Shown one piece after another: positions 33,247 to 42,867 of a stretch of DNA of 64,000 bases (its first letter is position 1; each line of letters begins with the position of its first letter). The stretch comes from an uncultured cyanobacterium (GTDB taxonomy: Bacteria; Cyanobacteriota; Cyanobacteriia; Cyanobacteriales; Nostocaceae): assembly GCA_963706595.1 (NCBI GenBank), contig OY970166.1, positions 4,256,001-4,320,000 of the forward strand, in the 5' to 3' direction. Below the pieces are notes generated by a model, which saw nothing but the letters and a program-made list of their open reading frames with translations, made no database searches and was not told where the DNA came from. Position numbers and translations under genes: made by a program.

Positions 33247-33843
33247 ATGGATATTACAACCTTAGCTCGCTGGATGGCAGCTGATTTTAGTAATCAAGCC
33301 CAAGCTTTTGAAAACCCACCTTTTTTTGCTCATATTCGCGTGTGTATGCGCCCTCTACCCGTAGAGATGCTATCAGGAATCAGTTTGTTTGTGGAACAAG
33401 CTTATGATTATATGCTGAATAACCCTTATCGCGTGCGGGTTTTGAAATTGGTAAATGCAGGCGATAGCGAAGCGCTCCGTAGGAATCGCATCCAAATTGT
33501 CAACTATACTGTGAAGCAAGAAGAAAGCTTTTATGGTGCATCCCGTAACCTCCAACTGCTGAAAACTTTAACAAGCGATCGCCTAGAAGAACTTTCAGGA
33601 TGTAACATGACTGTAGAGTGGGCTGGTAACAGCTTCAAAGGCAAAGTCGAACCAGGTAAAGGTTGCATTGTCTTTCGGAAAGGGCAAAAAACCTATTTAG
33701 ATAGTGAATTTGAAATTAGCGAAGAAAAATTTATCAGCCTTGACAGAGGACGTGATTTAGATACCAACGAACATATTTGGGGGTCTGTTGCTGGTCCATT
33801 TCACTTTGTGCGGCGAAACAGTTTTGCTGATGAAGTAATATAG
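33247..33843 (+). CDS. cpcT: CpcT/CpeT-family phycobilin lyase
   Basis: FSNQAQAFENPPFFAHI, EQAYDY, PYRVRV, SLDRGRD..HIWGS. Confidence 0.88.
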   Translation: MDITTLARWMAADFSNQAQAFENPPFFAHIRVCMRPLPVEMLSGISLFVEQAYDYMLNNPYRVRVLKLVNAGDSEALRRNRIQIVNYTVKQEESFYGASRNLQLLKTLTSDRLEELSGCNMTVEWAGNSFKGKVEPGKGCIVFRKGQKTYLDSEFEISEEKFISLDRGRDLDTNEHIWGSVAGPFHFVRRNSFADEVI

Positions 33844-33853
33844 CTCAGATAAT

Positions 33854-34658
33854 TTAGGATACCTTAGCGGCTAACTCCAATGGATTAAAATAAGGAACTC
33901 GCTCTACAGAAGTTTCCCACATCCCATTGGGGTATAGCTTCAACAACCGAAATCCAGGGTATTTGGAATCAATCATCAAAGTGGGACTTTTGGAGCGAAA
34001 CTGAAGCCCAGTTGACGGAGTGCTGAGGTAGTGAACTTGGTGACGCTGGCGTTGAAATTCTTGATGGATGTGACCAAACAAAACTAACCTGACTTGGGGA
34101 TGACGGTCGAGAACAGCAAAAAATTCTTGGGGATTTTTCAGAGGTACTGCTATCTAACCACGCCGAATTTACCGGAAAAGGCGGATGATGTAGAGCGACT
34201 AAAGTCGGAGCATCACCCAGGGTTTTTAATTCAGAGTCCAGCCAATCGAGAGTTTTACCGGAAAGATGACCATGTAAACAACCAGGAACCGAAGAATCGA
34301 GTAAGATAAAATTCCAACCACCACGATGAAAAGACTTGCGTCGGGAAACCATCCCCATATTTAAGATATCTTCCATTGCGATCGCACAGTCATGATTCCC
34401 TGGTATCCAGTAAGCAGGTATTTGTAGTTGATTCACTAGATTTTGCAGATTATCATAGGAATCAGGCTTACCATCACCAGACAAATCACCCGTTAGCAGT
34501 AGTAAATCAACTTCACTCCTGATCTGTTTTAACCTGTCTACAACTGCCTGGAAAGACTGTATAGTAGGCATTCCCAGCATTTCGTGATTTTCCGCAGCAA
34601 ACAGATGTGTATCTGTGATTTGAGCGATTGAGATCGGAGATACTTGATTGATTTTCAT
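33854..34658 (-). CDS. cpdA: 3',5'-cyclic-nucleotide phosphodiesterase (Icc/CpdA), +1 frameshift near 34142
   Basis: DTH, TGDLS, PGNHD, HHPP, and GHIH in the second ORF (33854-34081). Confidence 0.82.
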
Positions 34659-35120
34659 GGATGGCGATATGTGCAACTTAACATCTGATTCTTTTGGGGG
34701 AAAGTAGCTGACCAAAGTCAAACAATTTTAGATTTTAGATTTTAGATTTTAGATTTGGGATTGACTCCCCAGATAAATCTAGGGGCTTTTACCATGAATG
34801 AACTATTGGTGATAGTGATTTTGATGTCATCATAGAGCTAAAAACCATAAATAAACATCTAATTTCTGGAAATCCCTGAATTTTCATCTATCTTAAGAGT
34901 GAAATTGTATTTTTTTTTGTGTTTTACGTCACGCATTTTTGGCAAAAATTCATCAATCCCTCACACTATCCCCACAAATCTTCATTTAGCGCTGCCATCT
35001 CCTGGGATGTGCAAATGCCATTAACCACTAAATTTGCTCAGGTGCGGCAAAATTTTCAAGAGACGTAGGGTGTAAATTTAGAGAAAATATGTTATGCTAA
35101 GGAATCGTGAGAGCGATCGC

Positions 35121-35205
<85 letters not shown>

Positions 35206-35433
35206 GATTCTAGTTCCATAGATTCTCTAGAAACCAACAATCCAGGACTCAATACAGGACTCAAGAAGAATCCCCAAGCTGTTATTTGCTGCATGGGGAT
35301 TCTTTATTTGTCCAGTTCATCCGACTTGGCACATCTGATTTGATTATTTAATAATCCAGGTTTCCTGACTGTCTTCCGTTGGTAGCAGTATCTATTCCAT
35401 TCAGGCTGTTACCTGCTGTATGGGGGTTCTTTT

Positions 35434-35594
35434 TGAGTCCCTTGAGTCCTTTTTTGAGTCCCTTGAGTCCCACTGAGTCCCTTGAGTCCCTTTTTGAAAT
35501 CCTTGAAAGCTTTATACAGCCTATGTTTCAGCTTGGAACTCAAAAGGGACTCAAAAAGGACTCAGGGACTCAGCCGGAAACCCAAAGGGACTCA
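35434..35594. repeat. Bipartite TGAGTCC/GGACTCA repeat array
   Basis: TGAGTCC at 35434, 35443, 35455, 35464, 35474, 35483; GGACTCA at 35547, 35558, 35566, 35588. Confidence 0.88.
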
Positions 35595-35637
35595 AGCAGC
35601 AGATAACAGCCCAGTATGCCCTAGTTTCCCTAAATGA

Positions 35638-36063
35638 CTAACTAACCATATAGATAGAAGTATTTTTATTCCTGTAGGTTTGTCCTGTAGTATTGTTGCC
35701 CCGGTGGTCTGGTAAACCATTTGGGGTCTTTTTGTTGTCCAGGCTCCCAGGGAAACCACTTGTAAAGCTGAGAATCGTATATAACATCAAGTTGGCTGTA
35801 AAAGCCCTAGCATCAAGGCTTTTTGTTACTGATGCGGCTGTTGTGGCTCTTGTAGATGCTTTGGTGTTTCCAGTAGCATAAATACACTTATAAACTCCAG
35901 GTGCGTCGTTCATCCCCTGGGGGTTTATTGGAAGACTTGACGACGTTAAGTTTATGGTGCTATCATCATTTTCAAGGGATTGAGCATTTGCGCGTATTAG
36001 CTCAGTACCAAGTAAAGATAAAAAAAAATACTTTAAATCAGAGGTAATATGAGCCTCTGACAT
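35638..36063 (-). CDS. Hypothetical protein (element cargo)
   Basis: 141-aa ATG ORF, no recognisable motif. Confidence 0.4.
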   Translation of the reverse strand: MSEAHITSDLKYFFLSLLGTELIRANAQSLENDDSTINLTSSSLPINPQGMNDAPGVYKCIYATGNTKASTRATTAASVTKSLDARAFTANLMLYTILSFTSGFPGSLDNKKTPNGLPDHRGNNTTGQTYRNKNTSIYMVS

Positions 36064-36250
36064 TTTCTCGTAAATATATTTGACTAATTTTAAAGCCTGT
36101 GATACATTCTAAATATGGAGAATCAGAGGAATGAGGAAATAGAAGCGACCCCAGTTGCAAGCCGGGGTCTTGTTGTTTCCTATTTTCTTTCCAAGCTGTA
36201 CTAGAGCTTGAAGTTTCTTCTATGCAAACTTTTAATACAAGGACAAGGAT

Positions 36251-36520
36251 ATGGGGAACAGACCCAAACCTAGCTTACTACAGAATATCAAACATTCTGT
36301 AGTTTTGGCAACCGCAGTTCCACTGGTTTTTTTGGGGGGTGGTGTAACACTTAGCGAGTGCGGCGGTTTTGTCCATATAAAGCTGTCGGATTCTGGCAAT
36401 GAGTTTTTAGTGGACAAGCGCAACTGCAAACTCCCCAGTGATTCAGAGGAATCAGAAAAATCCTTAAGCTCTAAGGATTCTCATATTAGCACAGAAAATG
36501 ACCAGCCGCAGGTTGATTAA
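36251..36520 (+). CDS. Small hypothetical membrane protein (element cargo)
   Basis: AAGGA just upstream of the ATG; one hydrophobic segment; terminator-like hairpin plus T run near 36568-36599. Confidence 0.55.
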   Translation: MGNRPKPSLLQNIKHSVVLATAVPLVFLGGGVTLSECGGFVHIKLSDSGNEFLVDKRNCKLPSDSEESEKSLSSKDSHISTENDQPQVD

Positions 36521-36682
36521 CTAGGATTAGCAGATCCTCCTACTGCTGATTTATGCCATACTTTGTCCCCTTAGTGCCTAATCGTGCTGAGGGTTTTTTA
36601 TCTACCTGACTATGCTAAAATAGACAAAGAAAAGCCCCGGCGCTAACCAGGGCTAAACAAGCTTTATTAAGAATCGTTACAC

Positions 36683-37660
36683 TTACAACTTACTCCAGGT
36701 AGCTCGATCATCATCCATCGGCTCCCTACCCACTCCTTGAGAATCATACCGCTTGGTAAACTCAGGGAGTTTTGATATGGGTAGGGTTTTCAGTTGCTCT
36801 CTTACCCACCTCTTAGCTTTTCTGATACTCTTCTCGGTAGTGGGGTCTCTTTCAGCAAGTACCCCAACCTCGCACCTAGTCGCCACCTCCTCAAAGAATA
36901 TCAACTCACGTACGATCACCGTCTCTTCAGTTGCCTGTACCGTCTCAGGCTCATGGGTGGCTATGGGTGGCTTAGGCTCTACAGGCACATCTGGCACGAT
37001 CACGGGTTCAGGTTCAGATATAGCCACGGGTTCAGGTTTAGGCTCTTGCCAGCCTAGATCCTCAAGGCTCTCTCTCAGATGATCTAACCTCCTATTAACA
37101 CTTGCCTCATCACGGCTCTTGCCAGCCTGTTCGGGGTAGTAGTCTAGTTTCCTATCTTGTCCATACCTGCTAATGGCTTCCCTCATGAGCGGGTGGCTAA
37201 GTTGCTTCAGAACAGTGAAAGGGCGACGCTCAAAATACTCAGCCTTGTTTTTGATCACGAAGTCCCACACATCCTCTGGAAAATCAGAAGGCACAACTTC
37301 ATACCATTGTTGGTTGCCGTTCTTTGTCTTCTGTCGGGTAACTACCAGCCGTGCGTTACGAGATACAAAATACCTCCGATCCAAGATCCTCTCAGTTTCA
37401 GCATCATCTAGCTTAGTTTCCTCATCAGGTGATAGCCTAACCCATCCTGACGCTTCACACACATTGGGTGCTACGTTTTCATCATAAGCCTTATCAGGCA
37501 AAAGGTCTGAGGTGCTACAGCCTAGCTGTTCTAACCCCAGTAACATTGCCTTAAGCGCCAACTCATTCTGAGTCAACCCTATACTTTTAGCAAATGTTTC
37601 CATCCTTGTTTTGATCTGTTCATCCAATCGGAATGTAACTTGTGGTTTCTTGCTTGGCAT
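36683..37660 (-). CDS. Protein with N-terminal ribbon-helix-helix-like domain, Pro/Glu linker and conserved C-terminal domain
   Basis: QVTFRLDEQIKTRMETFAKSIGLTQNELA RHH pattern; AAAGGA RBS; C-terminus duplicated at 40680-40910. Confidence 0.75.
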   Translation of the reverse strand: MPSKKPQVTFRLDEQIKTRMETFAKSIGLTQNELALKAMLLGLEQLGCSTSDLLPDKAYDENVAPNVCEASGWVRLSPDEETKLDDAETERILDRRYFVSRNARLVVTRQKTKNGNQQWYEVVPSDFPEDVWDFVIKNKAEYFERRPFTVLKQLSHPLMREAISRYGQDRKLDYYPEQAGKSRDEASVNRRLDHLRESLEDLGWQEPKPEPVAISEPEPVIVPDVPVEPKPPIATHEPETVQATEETVIVRELIFFEEVATRCEVGVLAERDPTTEKSIRKAKRWVREQLKTLPISKLPEFTKRYDSQGVGREPMDDDRATWSKL

Positions 37661-37682
37661 AATCTATCCTTTGTTTATGGTT

Positions 37683-37921
37683 GGGTGCTACACATCTACT
37701 TGTAGCACCCTCAAGTTATTGCTATACAGCTATCTTGGCATATCGTAGCACCCATGTGTGGAAAGCCCTGTTTTTTATTTCAAAGTTTTCCCCTGATTAT
37801 TTGGGCGATGCTGGCTAAACTTTGCCAGCCATTCCCCCGTTAAAGTAGTACCCAACCGTAGCACCCTCAAGTTATTGTAAAGCAAGTTGTTTAGCAACTG
37901 TAGCACCCAATCGTAGCACCC
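37683..37921. promoter_or_regulatory. GTAGCACCC operator/iteron-like array
   Basis: Copies at 37683 (inverted), 37702, 37745, 37845 (one mismatch), 37858, 37900, 37913; upstream of the RHH-like gene. Confidence 0.65.
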
Positions 37922-37945
37922 AATGTGTGTAAAGAGCCATATTCC

Positions 37946-38215
37946 CTAGCTGAAGTTTAGCCCGGTTAGTTGCTTCTTACTCACAGTCCCATCAGGCTTG
38001 ACCATATCCCCAGTCGGGTAACTAATCCCTGAAGATTCCATCCCGCCCCTAATCGCACCTAGCAACCGCCGTTCCTGGATCAATAACCTGATACCATCCC
38101 TGATCAATCCCGATGCCGTGTTATCAGTCTTAGCCGCCTCAGCCTCTAACCACTGCCAAGTCGCCTTACTCAGCCGTACTGCCAACTGTTTACTATCTAC
38201 TCGCTTCCGTCCCAT
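37946..38215 (-). CDS. Small CopG/Arc-like ribbon-helix-helix protein
   Basis: KQLAVRLSKATWQWLEAEAAKTDNTASGLIRDGI pattern; start 38215 or 38239. Confidence 0.65.
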   Translation of the reverse strand: MGRKRVDSKQLAVRLSKATWQWLEAEAAKTDNTASGLIRDGIRLLIQERRLLGAIRGGMESSGISYPTGDMVKPDGTVSKKQLTGLNFS

Positions 38216-38864
38216 TACCTGCATACCAATGGTGTACATCTAGAGATAGTCAAGTTGGGTATTAGTGGGTTGCAAAATCCTAGTTTTGACAAGTTGAAAC
38301 CCTTACAGGCTAAAGCTTTGAGTGGTCTACAAGAATATGGCTACTAGATAGATGCTAGACTGGCTACTAAACAGGCTACTAGGATTTTATTGGCAATCAT
38401 CGCTTAAGCATCTCTAAGTTATTTCTCCCCATAGTGCGCTTAAACATCTCTAGGATTTTTTGCTGCATATCATCACTTAAGCGCCCTAAGTACCCACAAT
38501 TCCCTATACACTTAGTCCACTGAGATTATTTAAATAAACACATACTCAGCCAGAATCGACCAAACTTTATTGGGTGTTTTCCTAGCTTTCATTCCCTTTG
38601 GTTTCAGTTAGTAGCCTTTGCCCCTGGTTAATCCTGATTACTCAAGATTGCTCAGTTACCACCATGCTGTTAGTTGCTGTATAGGTGTCTTGGGTGGCTA
38701 ATGGGTGGCTGTCTCCCTCCTCATCTTTTGTAATCTATGTGTCCCAACAATGTTTTTATACAGGTTTAGTATCCGGGGGAACCTAGCCATAAAATAAGCC
38801 CCTCCAGAATCGCCTAGAAGGGCATCAAAATCATTTGGCTATACGATTGATTGCAAGTCAGTTT

Positions 38865-39095
38865 TTAGTCGTTAGGGGCAACCTTACCTAAATACTCTGC
38901 ATCCAAGGAATCCTCAGAGATTCTGTAGTACCCCTCGTGAATCTCACCATCATGATCGCAGTTATAGTACCCCATAATGTCCATTATTCTGGATTCATCC
39001 CATGCTCTAGGGCATTTGTCACTCAACCCATTACCTCGTTTATACTGTACACAATCTACTTCTGACCAGTGAACGATAATAGTTCTCTTTCCCAT
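38865..39095 (-). CDS. Hypothetical protein downstream of the integrase
   Basis: 76 aa; AGGAG RBS; 18 bp after the integrase stop. Confidence 0.6.
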   Translation of the reverse strand: MGKRTIIVHWSEVDCVQYKRGNGLSDKCPRAWDESRIMDIMGYYNCDHDGEIHEGYYRISEDSLDAEYLGKVAPND

Positions 39096-39113
39096 TGTTA
39101 TTTCTCCTGAGTG

Positions 39114-40376
39114 CTACAACTCAGGCATTTCTATGGGTGTGACATTACCCGCATAATGCTTGAGAATGATCGCCGGACTATTCCCCACAAGTTTAGCCAC
39201 TTCTGAGACGGTAAAACCTGCACCAAGCATCATAGTAATGAATGTATGCCGAGTATTGTACAGGCATCTATAACGCTCTACCGCCCCTGAGTCTACCAAG
39301 GCACGCATAACCCCAGTATAAAACTTAGTTCCCTGTTTTCCCCCGTGCCATACTTGCTGTGAGAACTTTGTATTGTTAACCATCCCACCGTTGGGACTGG
39401 TAAATACAGAATCATCAGGCAACTGATCGGGTTTCCTTAACTCTTTCAGAAGTTCTTTAAGCCTGTTATTACAAGTAAACCTACGACTTTTACCTGTTTT
39501 GGTACATTTCCTAACCTTTGTTGCCCCATCGTAACTATCACTAAAAGTTATAACTGAGTAATCCGGTGCGATATGCTTCCACTGTAGAGCTATTGCCTCA
39601 CCAGTCCTACAACCAGTCCAGAATAGAAACTTGATAAATGGTGCATAATGTGGCTTATTGGCTTCAAATGCCCCGATGATCGCATCCATCTCAGACTTAC
39701 TAAATGGATCAATGGCATCATCGTCTGATTTAGGTAACTTGATATCTGCGGACATCTGCATAAATGGATTGTCCTTAACCAGTCCAGACTTTACAGCCCA
39801 ACCAACACAGGCGCTTAGATAAGTTAAAACTCTCTTAGCTGCATTCGTGGTCAAGTTAGCTAACAGATAATCCCTGATCGCCACTGAATCATCTAGGCTG
39901 TGAGTAGGCAGTGACTTGATATGGTTTCTGTACTTCCTAGCATAATCCTTTCTGTAAGTTGTCTCTGCCAGTTGTGGCTTCATATATTCTGAATATCTAT
40001 CCCATAGTGTTAGCAGGTTGAATCTAGGCTCTACAGGCTTTCTAGGCTCTACTACGACTAGATGCCTATTCTTATAACTTGCTAACTTGTCCTTATATTT
40101 GGCTAGGGTCGGATTTAGCTGTTCTGTGAGTATATCCTCCTCAATCCAGTTAGCCACGCCTGATACACGCTTCTTGTTAATCTCAGTAGTATCTAAACCT
40201 GAGTAAATATAAACCTGCTTACCACCTGCTACTGACCTGGGAAGCCTTAACCTCAGCTTGCCTTCTTTATCATCAATGTTCACTGACATCTTGGCTTTTT
40301 TCTGTGCGACCATATCTCCCTGAGTCCTCTTAACCTTTACCTTACCAAGGGTAATCAATCCAGGACTCAAAGTCAA
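39114..40376 (-). CDS. Tyrosine recombinase/integrase with putative arm-binding N-terminal domain
   Basis: TGCRTGEAIALQW (catalytic R), KTGK, YNTRHTF, VGNS..KHY (catalytic Y); next to att. Start may be ATG 40313. Confidence 0.93.
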   Translation of the reverse strand: MTLSPGLITLGKVKVKRTQGDMVAQKKAKMSVNIDDKEGKLRLRLPRSVAGGKQVYIYSGLDTTEINKKRVSGVANWIEEDILTEQLNPTLAKYKDKLASYKNRHLVVVEPRKPVEPRFNLLTLWDRYSEYMKPQLAETTYRKDYARKYRNHIKSLPTHSLDDSVAIRDYLLANLTTNAAKRVLTYLSACVGWAVKSGLVKDNPFMQMSADIKLPKSDDDAIDPFSKSEMDAIIGAFEANKPHYAPFIKFLFWTGCRTGEAIALQWKHIAPDYSVITFSDSYDGATKVRKCTKTGKSRRFTCNNRLKELLKELRKPDQLPDDSVFTSPNGGMVNNTKFSQQVWHGGKQGTKFYTGVMRALVDSGAVERYRCLYNTRHTFITMMLGAGFTVSEVAKLVGNSPAIILKHYAGNVTPIEMPEL

Positions 40377-40440
40377 TAGGACTCAGCAATATTTCTAGGC
40401 TAGACAAGGCATCTGGCTAGTAAAAACGGTAGGCTGTCGC

Positions 40441-40496
40441 TCTGCAAAACCTCCATCCCCCGGTTCAAATCCGGGTGTCGCCTTCAGGGTTTCAGC
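40441..40496 (+). repeat. att direct repeat, right copy (3' half of tRNA-Cys)
   Basis: TCTGCAAAACC...GTCGCCTTCAGGGTTTCAGC identical to 35150-35205. Confidence 0.95.
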
Positions 40497-40915
40497 CCTT
40501 TAAGGACATCCAAAAGTTAATAAAGCCGCTATTTGATAGTCAAACTGATAGTCAAAAGGATTTCCCAGGCTGTTACTTGCTGCCTGATGGTTGTCTTTCC
40601 TGCCTGACTATGCTAAAATAGACAAAGAAAAGCCCCGGCGCTAACCAGGGCTAAAATGTTATTCTTGATTTCTTAACTATTACTTAATAATCCAGGTAGC
40701 TCGATCACTATCCATCGGCTCCCTACCAACTCCCTGAGAATCGTACCGCTTGGTAAACTCAGGGAGTTCTTCTATGGGTAGGGTTTTCAGTTGCTTCCTT
40801 AGCCACTTCTTTATTCTCTTAACGCCATCGGGTGTAGTGGGGTTTCTCTCAGCAAGTAGCCCAGCCTCGCACCTAGTCGCCACCTCCTCAAAGAATATCA
40901 ACTCAGGTACGATAA
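40497..40915. mobile_element. Remnant of a second related element
   Basis: 40603-40655 is identical to 36605-36657; truncated paralog of the 325-aa gene; att-proximal layout matches element 1. Confidence 0.78.
40680..40910 (-). pseudogene. 5'-truncated paralog of 36683-37660
   Basis: Shares IFFEEVATRCE and LPEFTKRYDSQGVGREPMD; no RHH region. Confidence 0.75.
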
Positions 40916-41015
40916 TGTCTAGACTCCAAGGGCTGTAGGGTATGCATTAGAGCCTTTTGGCTAGAAATTGATGCTTGAGTTGATATGCTGGATTCGTTAG
41001 ACACATAAAAAAATA

Positions 41016-41144
41016 TTTACCAATATGGTAAAGTATGCTTTTTTGAGGTTATATCAAATTTATTTACCAAAACGGTAAAGTATTACATTAATTGATATGA
41101 TATTTTCTCTAGAATATAACAAATTTATTTACCAAAATGGTAAA
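41016..41144. promoter_or_regulatory. Three 17-bp palindromic operators TTTACC-N5-GGTAAA
   Basis: Copies at 41016-41032, 41063-41079 and 41128-41144, directly upstream of the TA operon. Confidence 0.8.
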
Positions 41145-41165
41145 CTTGTATTAGTCTACTAACGC

Positions 41166-41495
41166 ATGGAAACTTCTTTCGCTGACGACAAACTGCAAAA
41201 CCTATGCGAGCAACCAAAACTAGCACAAAGAAAATTAGGTGCAAACTGTGCTAAGAAATTGGCAGCCCGATTGGCTGACCTTGATGCTCTTAATTGTGTC
41301 ACAGAATTATTTGCAGGTCGTCCCCATCCCTTAAAAGGAGATCGGGCAGGTGAGTTTGCAGTAGACCTAGAAGGTGGTAAACGACTTGTGTTTAAACCAG
41401 ATAACAACCCCATCCCTTTAAATGAGGATGGAAGCATTGATTGGTCTAAGGTTACTGCTGTTTGTATTGTTTTCATTGGAGATTACCATGACTAA
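41166..41495 (+). CDS. higB: HigB/RelE-family toxin (killer-protein type)
   Basis: HPLKGDRAGEFAVDLEGGKRLVF..IGDYH; toxin-first gene order. Confidence 0.85.
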   Translation: METSFADDKLQNLCEQPKLAQRKLGANCAKKLAARLADLDALNCVTELFAGRPHPLKGDRAGEFAVDLEGGKRLVFKPDNNPIPLNEDGSIDWSKVTAVCIVFIGDYHD

Positions 41496-42594
41496 GACAA
41501 CCCGTCCGTTTACTCCAGATTGGGTTTCTCCCCCTGGTGATACTATCGCTGATGTACTAGAAGAGCGTGATTGGACACAAATAGAATTAGCAGAGCGTTT
41601 AGGTTATAGCACAAAATTTATTAGCCAGTTAATTAACGGTAAAGCACCTATCAATGAAGAAACTGCTCTGAAACTAGAACGAGTTTTAGGGAGTACAGCC
41701 GCATTTTGGCTCAGACGTGAAGCTCAATATCGCGCTGCTTTAGCCAGGAAAGAAGAAGAAAGCTGTTTAAAGGGGTGGATATCTTGGTTAGATAAGTTAC
41801 CAGTCAGAGAATTGATGAACCAAGGTGCAATTCCCAAGTGCAATTTGATTGCTAAAAATAAGCCAGAAGTGGTAAAAAAGTTGTTACATTTTTTTGGTGT
41901 TGCTTCACCAGAAAAGTGGGAGAAATGCTACGGAAATTTGGAAGTTTCTTTTCGTCGCACCCGTGAAGACCAAAGTGATGTTGGTGCTATTTCTGCATGG
42001 TTGCGTTTGGGTGAAATAGAAGCAGAAAAATTAGACTGTCCTAAGTACAGTAAACCAAAATTTGAAAAAGCAGTGCGGGAAATTCGCACTTTGACGGTGT
42101 TACCACCAGAGGAATTTGAACCACGAATGCAACAATTATGCCGAGAATCTGGGGTGGTGTTGGTTTTAGTACCTGCAATTAAAGGAGCGCACGTTAGTGG
42201 TGTAGCGAGGTGGTTAAATCGCCATAAAGCACTAATTCAACTTTCACTTTACGGTAAAACCAATGATCGGTTCTGGTTTAATTTCTTCCATGAAGCAGCA
42301 CATATTCTATTACACAACCAGGAAAATATTTTTCTTGATGAATGGGATAGTGGGAAAAGTTGGGAATCTGAACTAGAACAGGAAGCTGATAAATGGTCGC
42401 GGGAATTTTTGATACCTTCTGAGTATCAAGGAGAATTAGCGCAACTTAAATCTAAAGCTGATGTTGTTGATTTTGCAGCGCGTATCAATATTCATCCTGC
42501 TATTGTTGCAGGGCGACTTCAACATGATAATTTAATTCCTCTCTCTTGGATGAATGGTTTCAAGGAGAGTTTTTGTTTTCAAGGGGTAGAATAA
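41488..42594 (+). CDS. higA: HigA-type XRE antitoxin fused to ImmA/IrrE-family metallopeptidase
   Basis: SPPGDTI..WTQIELAERLG HTH; FFHEAAH (HExxH); EQEADKWS; ATG 41488 overlaps the end of the toxin gene. Confidence 0.85.
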   Translation: MTKTTRPFTPDWVSPPGDTIADVLEERDWTQIELAERLGYSTKFISQLINGKAPINEETALKLERVLGSTAAFWLRREAQYRAALARKEEESCLKGWISWLDKLPVRELMNQGAIPKCNLIAKNKPEVVKKLLHFFGVASPEKWEKCYGNLEVSFRRTREDQSDVGAISAWLRLGEIEAEKLDCPKYSKPKFEKAVREIRTLTVLPPEEFEPRMQQLCRESGVVLVLVPAIKGAHVSGVARWLNRHKALIQLSLYGKTNDRFWFNFFHEAAHILLHNQENIFLDEWDSGKSWESELEQEADKWSREFLIPSEYQGELAQLKSKADVVDFAARINIHPAIVAGRLQHDNLIPLSWMNGFKESFCFQGVE

Positions 42595-42867
42595 GTACAA
42601 GATGATACGTTAAAATCATGGTGGAAATTACTAAATCAGAAATAGAAGGTTTGGAATTTTCAATATTAATGATTTATCGTGTTGCCTAACCATTATCTAG
42701 CTTTGCCTTGCTCTGCGCGCCATAAGGAATCGCTGGGAATATCTTGTGTGTGTTGTGTCGCGTCTCCAGGAGAGGACTGAAGTCCTCACTACAAGCTTTT
42801 TAGTTTGCTGTGTAACGTTAGGTTATTCTATTCTGTCACAATATGAAGAAAGATTAAGATAAGTGGT

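Noticed and set aside
35379..35606. 75-aa ORF over the TGAGTCC array
   Set aside because: TTG start and a translation dictated by the repeats; more likely non-coding.
40441..40483. Second tRNA-Cys gene
   Set aside because: Only the 3' half is present; it is the att duplication.
42755..42770. Possible degenerate third att site (GTGTCGCGTCTCCAGG vs tRNA end GTGTCGCCTTCAGG)
   Set aside because: Match too short and gapped to separate from chance; the right end of the second element remains undefined.
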